This document shows positions 14,772-27,611 of a stretch of DNA of 64,000 nt, piece by piece; within the stretch, counting starts at the first letter, position 1, and every line of letters begins with the position of its first letter. The DNA comes from Macrostomum lignano (taxonomy: Eukaryota), in contig NIVC01000307.1 of the NCBI GenBank assembly GCA_002269645.1, positions 124,001-188,000 of the forward strand, written 5' to 3'. A model generated the notes under the pieces. That model was not told where the DNA came from and searched no databases. It was given only the letters and a program-made list of their open reading frames with translations. Both the position numbers and the translations under genes were made by a program.

Positions 14772-15607
14772 AGCCGCGAATAGAGAGAGCGAGAGATCGA
14801 GGATAGCGACAGATTGGGCAATCGCAGTGAAATCTAACACACTTTAATAACTACAAGCAAGAAATTGCGTTTTGATTTAATGAAGTTTAACCTGTCTGTC
14901 TTTTGATTTTTTTGGACTGAACGAATCGATCCTGAAATCTCCGGTTAGCTGCATGTTCCACTGGACTGAGAGAACAATAAACTAAATCCAATAAATCAAG
15001 TTTTGGTTTGAAAGTTCTCTTTGTAATAGTTATGTCTTTGTCTTATTACGAGTGCTGCCCAAAATACGTCCAAACAGTGCATTTTGAAATCGTGTCTAGA
15101 ACTTATTTTTATTGCATCTAAGAATAGATCAAATTTTCTAATTTCTCGTGCTTTTAAAATTATGCCAATATATTTGATTCCTAAAAATTTATGGCTAAAT
15201 ATCAAAATGCGTTATTGGTAGAGTAACACAAATTCGAGCACAGCAAATTCGAAAATGCAGCATCCCTCGGGCTGAACAACTTCTTTCATCTTCTGAATGA
15301 CTCATGCACACGGCTCACATATAGAGTGTATACAGCGGCGCTTACTTTCGCAAAGTAGTCTGATATGTACACTTTCTGTGCCTTTGAGGGCTGGCCCTTG
15401 TGCAATTATGAACCTCAGGGAAGTCCCCGGGCCATGAGACAAAAATTACAAACCACAAGTGCGTGAAAGTCAAGACGTGTTCGTTGCTGAGCTGCTCCGC
15501 CCCAAATTGCCAATGTTATAGTGGGGTTTTGTCTGCCCCTCAGTCGTTGGCAAGAGAGAGGGCTCGAGACAGCTCTTCATCCCCGATAGGAACAAGCTCT
15601 ACAATTA

Positions 15608-16800
15608 CGAGGGGCATTTCAAAAGTTCGTAGAAAATGACAGAAAGCAAGCAGATATCAAAAAGCGGGTTGTGACACATTAATGAGCATCTCAATCTGAT
15701 CTCTCAACGTAATCGCCACCGATTTCTATGCACGTTCGCATGCGCTGCAGCCAGCTATCAAAGCAACCCCTAAAATCAGCTTTTTCAATGGAGTTGAGCT
15801 GCTCACTCACAGCAGAAATCAGCTCATCATGAGTCTCAAACAACTTTCCACGCAGCAGCTGCTTGATTTTCGGAAATTTGCCAGCCTGCGCTGCTGGCCA
15901 GATGCGATGGAATTGAACACAGCGGGCAAGCAGCTGCATGGTCACGTACCAATCAGAGGTTACAGTGCGGCCTTGCTCAACAGGCACTGAGCCCACGATG
16001 CCTCTGGGCGAGAAGAAAATTGCGAACATGATTTTCCCAGCTGACCTCACCCGCTTCGCCTTTTGCGTAGGTGGGGCTCCTTTCAGTGACCAAACCATCG
16101 ACTGTGATTTAGTTGGCGGGTCGTACTGATGGAACCAGGCTTCATCACCTGTGACTATGTTCTGAAAGTTCGCAGATGCTCCATCTTTGAACTGATCCAG
16201 GAAATTTCTGCAGAAATCAATTCTCTGCTGCTTCTGCTCAGGCAAGAGGATTCGTGGCACCCATTTGGCAGCTTTCTTGGTGACACCAAGATCTTCGTGC
16301 AAGATCCGGCTCCAAATCGATTTGGCATCAATGCCAAGACTCTCCTCCATCCTCTCAATCGTCAGTCTTGCATCCTCGTTCAAAGCTGACTGCACAGCAG
16401 CCACATTCAATGAGTCTGTTGATGTTCTTGGACAACCTTCTCTTGGCTGGCTCATCAGCCAGATTGAAATGGCCGGCTCTATAAAGCGACCAAACCACTT
16501 GTTCACAGTGCTGAGGGATGGAGCTTCATCTTGCAGTACAGTCTTCATCTCAGCAGCAGCTTCATTTGCGCTAGAGCCTCGACGAAACAGGAACAGCATT
16601 ATGGCTCTTGACTGCTCCTTGGAGAACGCAGGAAATGCAGTGGGGGTTCAGAGTTTGATCGCAGATTTCTGGTGGCCATTTCAATCAATTTTGCTGAAAA
16701 TTTAGCTGCAGGCTATAGATTTATGAAATAGTATTTGTAAAAAGTTTCAAGGCCATAGCTTTATGCAAAGACGGCTTTTCTACGAACTTTTGAAATACCT
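15608..16800 (-). mobile_element. Mariner-family transposon, defective
   Basis: TA then left TIR cgaggggcatttcaaaagttcgtagaaaa; right TIR at 16776-16800 with its tip lost. ORF 15691-16599 has HTH, WVPRIL and IVTGDEAWFHQYDP, but the HDNA and YSPDL catalytic segments are missing. Confidence 0.9.
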
Positions 16801-17577
16801 AAACACACTACTGCAAACAGTACGCTCGCGTAGCATGCATCACAATTATAGTTTGCTTCTTTACCCCCAGCTTTTGATATGAGGTTGCATCCAACGACGT
16901 ATCTGATCGCAAAGAAGTTGAAACATGGAAATTATATTTGGTCATTATATTGACGAAAGAAAAGAAGCTTCTTCATGACCGACGAGGATCAGGGCGGCCT
17001 TCAGCAGTGCCTTCCTGGAGGGATCCGCTGACTTTCTTGCGCCACCACCGCGGTTTCGAGGAACACAACCGCAGCCGGCCGCCCTACCGACAATACATCG
17101 GTTCCGATGATGTTGGGAAATAATTATAATACCACCCTTACACAAGTGCCGGCCCTATCAAAGAGAACGGTGAACGCACACTTCCCAACAAAGGGATTTT
17201 CGTTAATACATGCTCATGCAGATTCTTGCTAGGCACACGCGGGGCATTTACACTGTAGAATACAATTGCTTCCACATATACGCTGTACATTTACTTAAGT
17301 GTCATCCTCAGAACCGATAATTCAGAACTGATTAATTTTATGTGCCGGCAAAAAACTCTCTCCGAGATCAACTGCGATTCAGAAATCTTCAGTGTTCCAA
17401 TATTAGCTAGGATCGCTCTAGTCGCAGTTATAGCTATTTATCTCCCCTAGACCTGAGTAAAGCAGCAGAGAGAGTTTACTCAAATTAACACTACTTTTGT
17501 TATAATCAAACAGAGTTCTAAGAAAGTTGGCACAAGTTTAATCTTAGAAAATTCATCCGGCCGTTTTTTGACATTTT

Positions 17578-20500
17578 TTGACATTAAACTTTAAAAACAA
17601 AAAGGACAAAAGCAAAAATTTCACTGTTATCAACTCTTACATACCACCAACATCTTCAAAATACTATGAAGAAGAGTCTTGGGAACAGTTAGCACTAATA
17701 CTTGATGCACATCATTCTGAAGAAAACATAATCCTGGTGGGAGATTTTAATGCACATACTTACAATACTGATCATATAGATTTGCATAGAATAAGCACTT
17801 TAAAGGCAAAAAATATCTCACTCTATAGGCAAAGCCAAGACAAAAAAACCTGTAAAAGTGGTAGATTATTAAACCAAATCACAAACTCATATAACTTGCA
17901 TATAATCAATGGTAGATCCCTATCTGATGCAACTGGAACACTTACCTTTATCTCCAAAACTGGTTCATCTGTAATTGACCTCTGTTTTGTCTCTAGCAAC
18001 TTACTTGAGCACTTTGAAGACTTTAAAGTAAGAAACCATACTTACCTTAGTGACCACAATCAAATTATACTCTCATTATCATGTAAATTCACAGCAGAGA
18101 TTACAGAAACAAAACAAGCAACCAATAACCAAAGAACAAAATTCCGGATATTAAGAAAACTAGATAAACCCACCCCACAACAAGAAAAACATATCAATTG
18201 CTTCTCAGATGATCTAAAGGATCTGGAGAATAAAATCCCAAATCTCGACATGCAAAACCCAGCTTTCATCCATAATTTAAGCAAGAAAGTTCAGCAAATC
18301 CAAAGTAAAATCACAGTAGAAACAAAAAACCCTCTCTGTTCAGCATTGCCACAATTTCTTAAAGACCTGAGAAATGCCACCAGGCATGCCAGCAGAAGAT
18401 ATAAGATGTTCCCCACAAGTAGCAACCTCGCATCCAAAATACAGCTTAAAAAAACATATGAAAAAAGCTTGATTTCTTGGAAACATGAATCAATACTGTG
18501 TGCAGAAAACATGATCAACCAGGCTTATATTCAAAATGATACAAGACAGCTTTGGCAATTACTGAAACCACATAACCGCCCCAATAACAATGCAGCAATT
18601 GACGAAAAATTTGTCATACACTTTCAAAATCTTGTAACTGAACAAGACAGCAGCATTAGACTAGCATACAATCTTCACCTTGACAACCCTATTCTGACTA
18701 ATTTAGAGGATTTCAATGCCCCATTCACCAAAGAAGAAGTTATAAAACATATTAAAAAGCTCAAAACCGACAAAGCACCTGGGCATGATAAAGTATATGT
18801 AGAAACACTCAAATACCTTGAAAACGAACTTACTGACCTCCTATGCTCACTTTTCAACGAAGCACTCAAACAAGGAACCTTTCCAACTAGTTGGATTACA
18901 AATACTCTTCATCCGATTTATAAAAACAAAGGCAGCAGTGCCGACCCCAACAATTACAGAGGAATCTGCATTCAACCAATTTTTGGCAAGCTCTTTTGCC
19001 AAATTATTAAATCCAGACTTGAAAACCTAGCATACGCTAACAATCTTATATCAAAATACCAATACGGTTTCAAGCCCAATCACAGCACAATCGACCAATG
19101 TTTTAATCTTTACAACATTATAAACCAGTCCATCTACAACAAAAATGAACTCTTTATCGGTTTTGTTGACTATGAAAAAGCCTTCGATAGCTTAAATCAA
19201 CCGACCCTTTGGCACAAAACGGATAACCAAGGTATTAAAGGTCAAATGACAGAACTTATCAAGAACATGCATAAAAATGCCTGTTTCATTCTAAAGAAAG
19301 ATGATGATGATGATGAAACCCAGCCAATCCCAATATCTAAAGGTGTTCTTCAAGGTAACCCTCTCTCTACCATCCTTTTTGAACTATATATTGACGACAT
19401 TGTTGAATATCTTGAACTCTCTAGCGCTAGGCGCTCTCTTACGAGATCTGCTTTCCCACTCATCCTGCTCTTTGCGGACGATCAAGCCATTCTAGCTAAA
19501 AACAAAGATGAACTTCAAGACACATTTACAACTATGGAAAATTACTGCAAGCAAAACTACTTGAAAGTTAATGCAAGCAAAACAAAGTTTATGCAGGGCA
19601 GTACCAGACAAAAAAATGACACAGAAAGTTTTGCTACAAAAATAATCTACGACAACCAAGAAATAGAGGAAGTAAATGAATTTAAATACCTGGGAATTAT
19701 TTTTGAACCAAAAAACAGCTTTAAAAAATGTATTGAACATCAAACTAAGCAGGGTTATTCAGCTATGTTTTCCCTACTCCACAAGGTAAAAAATACGTCC
19801 CTGGACATCACACTCATTCGCAGACTATTCGACGCGCTTGTCACCCCCGTTATCACGTACGGCTGTGAGCTCTGGGGCCCTCTGGCTACCATTTCTGAAA
19901 CAAAAGCTATTGATAACATTCAGCTGAAATTCTACAAATATCTCCTCAATCTACCAAAATTTGCTAGCAACAGTGTGATATCATCAGAACTTGAGCTTAC
20001 TCCAATCTCCCAACGAATTGCTAAAACCTATCTTACCTACTGGCTGAAGATTAGACATCAAAAACTTTGCCAAACGACACTAGAAATTTTCTACTCAAAC
20101 ACCAGCCAAAAAAATCCATGGAAAACAAATATACTAAAGAAACTGGAAAGTATAGACTTAAAAGCACTAACTGAAGATAAACTTTCCCAAAGCTTTAATA
20201 ACGAGAAATACCTAGTGAAAAAGCACCTCAAGATACACAGAGAAAGAGAACTTAGCCAAAAGCTAGAGAATCAGCAACATATTAAACTCTATAAAAACGC
20301 CTATCTCTACAAAAAAATCTGCAGGCCTGACCTTTCAGATTACTTTCCATGCACTTTTAGAAACAAAAAATTCCTAACAACCCTCCTAAAACTGAAATGC
20401 GAAATTACACCCAACATTTTCTCTCATGAACCATGTAGACTGTGTGGAGCGAGAAATGGTTCCGATATCCTACACTACTTGACCGAATGTCCACAAACCG

Positions 20501-21070
20501 AAAAGTTCAGAAAAAAATACTTCTGTCAGTACCTCCTAAATGACAAGCAAGTACACAAGTTAGGATATGCTACAAATGAAAAAAGAGTCAGAAAAGAGCT
20601 CACTGGTGTAGCTAAAATATATGAAGTCATGAATAGCTAAAACAGTTATGCAAACTGAAACAGACATATCAGCAGTGAAATAAATCCGCCTTTCCCATTT
20701 TTAATTTCCTACTTAATTAGCACTTAATTAGTATTTAATTAGTTTCCTATCTAATACCTATTTAAATCGTCGTCATTCGCTTAACGTAAAGTCCCTTCGA
20801 AGTTCGTTTTTGTTCATTTTTCTTTCGTTTTTACTTTTATTAACTGCAATACTTTTTTTAACTCCTTGCTTTTTCTTTCGCTTCGTTAGTCGTCCAAGTA
20901 TCGTTAATAACTTTTCCGCGTTCTTTCAAATACCATTTTGCAAAACTCGTACTAATCATAATTAAATAACTAGTGCTAAAATATTGTCTCCTATTCCTGA
21001 AGCAATCTTAAATACATAGAAATATATTGGCCAAACAGGCTTCTTGCCTGAGCCAACTTACTACTACTAC
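17578..21070 (+). mobile_element. 5'-truncated AT-rich non-LTR retrotransposon (APE + RT + C-terminal Cys/His knuckle) with (TAC)4 tail
   Basis: Uninterrupted ORF 17578-20640 containing LVGDFNA, SVIDL, SDH, KAPGHD, QYGF, DYEKAFD, GVLQG, FADD, YLG, ITYGCELWG and CRLC..HYLTECP. It starts mid-endonuclease. Tail at 21059-21070. Clade not determined. Confidence 0.95.
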
Positions 21071-21854
21071 CGTTCCACGAATCCACATCCATCAACTCCG
21101 TCTGTCTGAGCCGTCAACAACTCCATCAAACTTGGTGCACTGCATGGTAACATAGCAGAGTCAGAGACACATGCAAAGCATATTTATTTCGCTAACCTAT
21201 ATATATACAGCACTGCTGGATCCCTAGCTGTTAGAAAATGGGTTCCAGTGCCGGAACTCTAGCCATTACCCAAAACTGCACACTATGCTAGCATTTCTAT
21301 TAGTATTGTACAAATGAGGCCAAGCTAGCATATTGCTGCATATGCCATATTGTTAGTCTATTCTGCATAAAACAATGTTAAGCAGAACTAATGCTAATGA
21401 ATAGGCCAAGGCCAATATAAACATGAAGAGCTTGCATGCATAGCAGCCATCCACCTAGTGTTCTAATTATATGCATGGCAGCCACATCTTATAATAGTAA
21501 GTCATAAAGGCCATATGTCCCCATACTGTTTAAATGAATAGGCCTATTCAAATTAAAAAATACCAATAAATTGAGATTGTATTTGCATACAAGGTATACG
21601 TGGGATAAAATGATATAGTAAAAATAATTTTTAATTAGGTTTAGTTAGTAGCAAAGCAAAGCAATGCGGGGCAGCATAGCGGGGATTTAAGGGAAAAGAT
21701 CAAATTCACTTGGCCTAGGCCTATACTGTGGCCAACTATTGGCTACTGTGCACGCAATTAAAACACTAAGTGGATGGCTACCATGCATGCAAGCTCTTCA
21801 ATATAAATAGGTGCTGACCAATTTTATTGATAATCAAATAGAAATAGACCTACT

Positions 21855-23231
21855 CAGTGGCGGCTAGTAGTGCAGCACTTTTAGTTAGGAGGGAGGGGGC
21901 AATGGTTGGGTGGTCATCCTCCTTGCCCTCCTACCCTTGGCATTTGGCAATAAGCATTCTTAGAACTAAATGATAGGCCCTTATCTCAGAAATTTTTTAT
22001 GGCCTTGCGCAGTGTTGGGCACTTCCGTTACCGAGTAACTTGCAAATGGTAGGCCTAATGCAAGTTACTTTTTCATAAAGCATTCCTTACGCAAGTTACT
22101 TTTTTATTTTAGTAACGGAGTAACGGTAAGTTACTTAAATTTCGGAAGTCTGTTACTGTTACTTTGCAACAATCGCAATATTTAAATTTAAAACTGAAAT
22201 GCTTAGCTAGTACGCCAGTTGTCACATGTTTTTGCATTTTTCATTCCTAAATTCAAAATTAAGTGAATAGTATCATATGGTATTGCGCTTAATTAATGAA
22301 GAAATACTTGAAACATGTTTTACTTTGTTAATATTGGTAAAATATTTTCGCCTTTCATTGAGGCTTTTCATATTACCAATTCCAGAATCAGAATCGGTTG
22401 GGATCTTCCAAGAAAAACAGCAGTATAACTATTTAATTCTGTTGAATGTTTGACTGCCTTAACAACCTCACTTAGCACAATTTTTCACTTTCTTCTTAGC
22501 GATTTTCATTCAATAATAAAAACTTTATAGCACGTATCTCCCTCTAGTTATGGAGACAAAAAGTTATACTTCACAAATTGGTTCTGGTTCTGGAACCAGA
22601 ACTAGCTACATGAAAAGGCCCATTTTCGTTACTAAAAATTTTCAAGTTTGATTCAAACAAACAACCAAAGAAAGAAATTCATCTGTAGCCTCCACAAGTC
22701 CCTCCACTGGCACTGCAGTACACTACACCATTTTATACAGTTCTATTTATTTTACTCTATTGAATTATTGATATTCGTATATTTTATCATTTATAATTTT
22801 AATTATTGATTGCCATTGCCCATTGGTCCTTCTACTTGCCTCACATCGTGTTGCCAATTCCTGTCTCTGTCTGTTAATCGGTTAATCCCAATCCCCAATG
22901 GCAAATTTCGGTAACAACAATGTGAAAAAATGTGCAATGTGAAAAAAGCAGTAAATTTTAATAACATGGCCGGTAACGGAAGTGAGCAATGGACAGTAAC
23001 TTAAAAGTTACCAGGTTTTTGTCTAAAGTTACTAGGCTAATGTAAGTTACTTTTTAAAAATTGGTAACTTAAGTTACAGTAACGCAAGTTACTTTTTTTG
23101 AGTAACTTGCCCAACACTGGCGTTGCGCATATTTTTAGAATTTTTTGCATAAAGGATAGTCATTCCCTGCGGGAAGTGACTAGTAGTCACCCAGGGGCTA
23201 TAGCCCCTTCATCCCTCCTGCGCCACCACTG
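21855..23231. mobile_element. Probable hAT-type MITE (CAGTGGCGG..CCACCACTG) hosting a nested MITE
   Basis: 9-bp TIR with 1 mismatch; flanks gacctact and gaaatact (6/8). Confidence 0.45.
22010..23119. mobile_element. hAT-type MITE with CAGTGTTGGGC termini
   Basis: TIR cagtgttgggc / gcccaacactg; gtaac/gttac-rich subterminal repeats; TSD gccttgcg / gcgttgcg (7/8). Confidence 0.75.
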
Positions 23232-23906
23232 GAAATACTTATAATTGTCAATTATTATATATTATATAATCATAGAAAACTTGTTGCCAAATTAGCTATA
23301 GCAAAATTTGTCTATATTGTTTCTATTGCAATTTTTGTCCTTAGATTTATCTTTTCTATTATATATCTAATATCCTTACATTATAGGCCTAATGCAAATA
23401 GACAAAATACATTTACAATACATTTACAAAATACATTTACATAGGTTTGTTATTATAGCTGTTATATATTACAAAGAGCTTGTATGCACAGCAGCTGTCT
23501 ATCCAATGTTTTAATTGCATGCTTAGTAGCCATATCTTTATATATAGTAAGTCAAATACTATTTAAATTAATATTTAAATTAATAAAAAATAGCAATGAA
23601 TTGAGATTAAATTAGGTATATATGGTATAAATAGGATAAAAAATTATAAAAGAAAATAAAAACAATAATTTTTAATTAGGTTTAGTAAATAAGGACCTAG
23701 CAATGTGCGGATTTGAGGGAAAGGGTCCAATTCACTAGGCCTATACTGTGGCCAACTACTAGCTACCGCGCATACAATTAAAATACGAGGGGTGTCTTAA
23801 CTTACTTAACTTAGCTGCAGGGCGGTCCGAAGACGCAGCGGGGAGGCGAGCGTCGCCCATTCCGCTAATCCCTGAAAGACCCGCATAGGCTAGGGCGCGG
23901 GGCCGG

Positions 23907-26900
23907 TCAGGGAGGTCTGCCGGTCCTGTCTGCAGCGTTGTCTTCGGTGGGGAAGACGGAGGCTCGCTTGGTGGCCCGGAGGAACCGGATGAGCCGTGGG
24001 ATGTTCTCGGGCCGGCAAACGTCGTCCAGGGACGGGTTGGGCCCGAGGTGGTTGAGCCGGTCTCGGTTGAAGGCCGGGCAGTAGCAGACGAAGTGCATGG
24101 CATCTTCATTCTCGAGGCTGCAGAAGGGGCAGAGTTCACTCCGGCGAACACATCGGAGGAAGCAGTGCCTGGCAAAGCAACCGTGACCTGTGAAGGTCAT
24201 AGTGAGAGCGCGGATATCTTTTCGATTTTGATTCAAAAGGATTCTCCGCAGCTTGAGGGACGGATTGGGCACTGCCGCACGAGATTGGCGGCAGTTGGAG
24301 ATACCATCCCATCTGCGCAAGTGCAGGATGTCCGCCCAGTCGTTAATCTGACGATTAATGACTGTGGCGGGGATGGGGGCCAGGGGCACGGGGCCAAGGG
24401 GCGAGCCGGAACAGCCCGCCTTAGCGAGGGAGTCGGCGAGCTCGTTACCTTTGAAGCCGGCGTGTCCTGGGATCCACGTGAGCCGGACGGTGTTCCTCCG
24501 AGCCAGCTTGTTGAGCTGCCCGATACAGTCGCGGACTGTTCGGGAGTTCGTAGTGGTGTGACACAGGGCCTGTAAAGCGGCCTGGCTGTCAGAGTGGAAG
24601 AAGATTCTTCTGTCCTTGAAGTCCTTGCGGTGGAGCTCAGCTGCACAGGAGCTGATGGCAAGGACTTCATTCTGGAAGACGCTGGAGAGTCTGCCAGTGT
24701 GTTGGGCGTGAGTAGCAATCACGCGGCCGTTGATAAGGATGCAGACTCCAAAGCCGGATAAACCGTCTTTGGAGGATCCGTCAGTGAAGCAGTGAACCTC
24801 CTGAGGGGCCCAGCTGTCGTTGGCGTTCTCCCTGGAGGGGATTGTGACCTTGAAGCGTTGGTAGAGGTTGAGGGAGCGCGGTTCAGCGTCCGAAAGGACA
24901 GCCGCACTCCCACTCTCCTCCAGAACTTTAAGGCACAGGTCAGAGTGCGGCAGGAGCTTGCGCTTCGCCATCGCTCTTTGTGGCTTGAAGCTAACACCAG
25001 CCTCGATGAGCCGGCGGGTGGTTTTAGCAGCCTCGCGACGGACAAAGATGTCCAGAGGCGGGAGGCAGAGAAAGGCGTTGAGGCCGTCAAAGGGAGCAGA
25101 GAGCGGGGCATTCAGGATCATGCGGCACGCACGTCCCTGCACCTTTTTGAGGGCTTCGTGGCAGGTTTTAATCTGCAAGGCGCTGGTCCAGACCAGGCCG
25201 GCGTATGTAACGGCCGGTCGGACCATTGCGGTATAGATCCACCAGAGACGCTTTGGGGTGAGGCCCCAGGTGGTGCCGACGGCTCTGCGCAGCTGCGCAA
25301 GAATCGCGAGGGCTTTTTTGGTTTTGGCCTGGACGTGGGTGGACCAGCTCAGCCGGTGGTCCAGCGTAACGCCGAGACACTTGGTTTGCTTGCAGGATGG
25401 AATTTCCACCCCGTAAAGCTTTAGTGGGCGAATACGCCAGTTTACCCTGCTGGTGAACATGATCGCGACAGTTTTGGTCTCGAGAGCCTGAGGCCGCACC
25501 TGTCCGCCCAACGTTCAGCAGAGCGAATGAAGTTTTGCAAAAGATCTCTAAGGGTTTCAGGTGACGGTCCGGATGCCACGGCTGTGACATCATCGGCGTA
25601 ACCGACCTTGAGGATGGGGTCAAGATGGCTGTCCTGGAGGAGCTCATCGATGACCATGTTCCAGAGAACTGGAGAGAGGACACCGCCCTGGGGGCTGCCT
25701 TTGCAGACGGTTACCGTCCGTTGGTGGCCCAACAGGTGTGCGGTGGCAGTACGGTGGCTGATCATATACATGATCCACCGGGTGAGGTGCGAGTGGGTTC
25801 CTCTAGCACGTAGAGCTCTGTCAAAGGCCTCAAAGAGGACATTATCGAAGGCTCCAACAATGTCGAGGAAGACAGCGAGAGCGTAGCCATTACCAAGAAC
25901 GGCTTTCTCCAGCATGTCAACCAGAACGTGAAGCGCGCTCTCCGTGGACCTGCCTGCCCGAAAGGCATGCTGGTTCTCACTGAGCGGCTTGTTCTTCAGT
26001 TCCACAGAGAGGAGGCGCCAGAGCACCAGTCTCTCTAACAGCTTCACCAATGAGGAGGTGAGGCTAATTGGTCTGAAGGATTTAATGGACCGGTAGTCCG
26101 GTCGGCCAGGCTTGGGGATAAAGACCACCTTGGCCTCGGTCCAGGATTTCGGAACAAAGCCGAGCACAATGCAGGCTTTCAGAAGCCGGCAAAGGTTCCG
26201 CAGGAAACCGGTGCATTTCACCGCCTCCCGCAGGAAGGCTGGCACAACGCCGTCCGGTCCTGGGGATTTGAAGGGTTTGAAGGAGGAGACAGCTTTAGTA
26301 ACGCGGTCCTCCGTGATGATTGAGTCAGCCAGTACGTGTCCGCCCACTGAGTGGTCAGGGGGCCGGGCCTAGCTGGCTCGTTCGGGAAAAACGCTGTTAG
26401 CATCGCTTCCAGTGTTTCTCCTGGGTTCTCAGTGAGCGAGCCGTCGGCTCTCTTGACTGAGGAGAGTTTGGACATTTTGTCCAGGGTGAGGGCTTTAACG
26501 ATTCTGGAGGTGGGGCGGGAGCCCTCAAGTTCCTCACAGTATTCGCGCCACTTGTTGGTTTTGGCGTTCCTAACCTGCCTCTTGAACTCGTGGATAGAGT
26601 TCAGGTAGGCGGTTTGGTCGGCCGGGTTTTTAGTTTTTTGGGCCCTGCGGTGAAGCCTTTTGGCTCTGCGACGGAGGTCGCCAAGCTGCGGGTTCCACCA
26701 TGGGGCCGACTGTTTGCCTTTATATGCCTTTAGTGGGCATGAGGCTTCGAAGGCAGCAGTGAGCGAGTCCGTAAGTGCGGCCGCAAATTCATCTGCTTCT
26801 TCGCAGGTGTTGATGGAGACTGGAGCGCTAGTGCAACGATAGGTCTCCTCCAGGGCAAGCCTGAAGGCGGTCCAGTCGGTATTCCTAGCATTCCGTTTCC

Positions 26901-27609
26901 AGTAAAGCTGGCCTGCGTTACGGGCGCTGGCCAGCGTGAAAGAGATGAACTTGTGATCGGAGAGGGACGCCTCAGGAAGCACCCGCCATTCCCTAGTGCT
27001 CAGGAAGAGCCTGGGCGTGGCGAGGGTGGCATCCAGCACCTCCGATCGGCGTCCGTTATTGAAGGTAGGGGTACTACCCGAGTTACAGAACTCAAGGGTT
27101 GTAGTAGCAATATAAGCCAGGAAGTCTTCACCTCTCTGGTTTATATCAGAACTGCCCCAGTGGGTGTGGTGGGCATTGATGTCACCTGCCACGAGCAGCT
27201 CATAGTTTCTGGTGGAGCAGAGCTCGACCAGTGTGACAAGCTCTACTGGGATCATCTCGCCGTCGCCCGGTAGGTAAACCGAGGCGATGAGGGTAGTCCT
27301 CCCAGGGAGTATGTCTTCAGACTGGATGACACAGATGTCCCTGGTGGACAGGTCTGATCTGAGCCATGCGTTAATAGAACTGGACACCATGATGCAGGAT
27401 CTTGGTGCCAGGTTTCCCTCCCGGGTACCAGCGGTTAAACACTGGTAGCCGGTGGGGACATGTTGGGGGCTGCCCCTAAGCGTCCAAGGTTCCTGGATAA
27501 GGATAATCCCTGGCACGTATTGGTCAGTGTGCTTCAAGAGGTTGACTGAAGCAGCAATGCTGTGCTGCAGGTTGACCTGCAAGCAGTGGATGCCCTGGGA
27601 GACAGTCAT
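23907..27609 (-). CDS. LINE ORF2 polyprotein, split into three frames by two apparent 1-nt deletions (~26360 and ~25481)
   Basis: APE (QVNLQH, IQEP, GDINAH, SDH), RT (KSPGPDG, QHAFR, FLDIVGAFD, GSPQG, GYADD), RNase H (FTDGS, SDSQAAL, WIPGHAGFKGNELAD) and CPFC..H..C. Confidence 0.9.
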
Positions 27610-27611
27610 GT

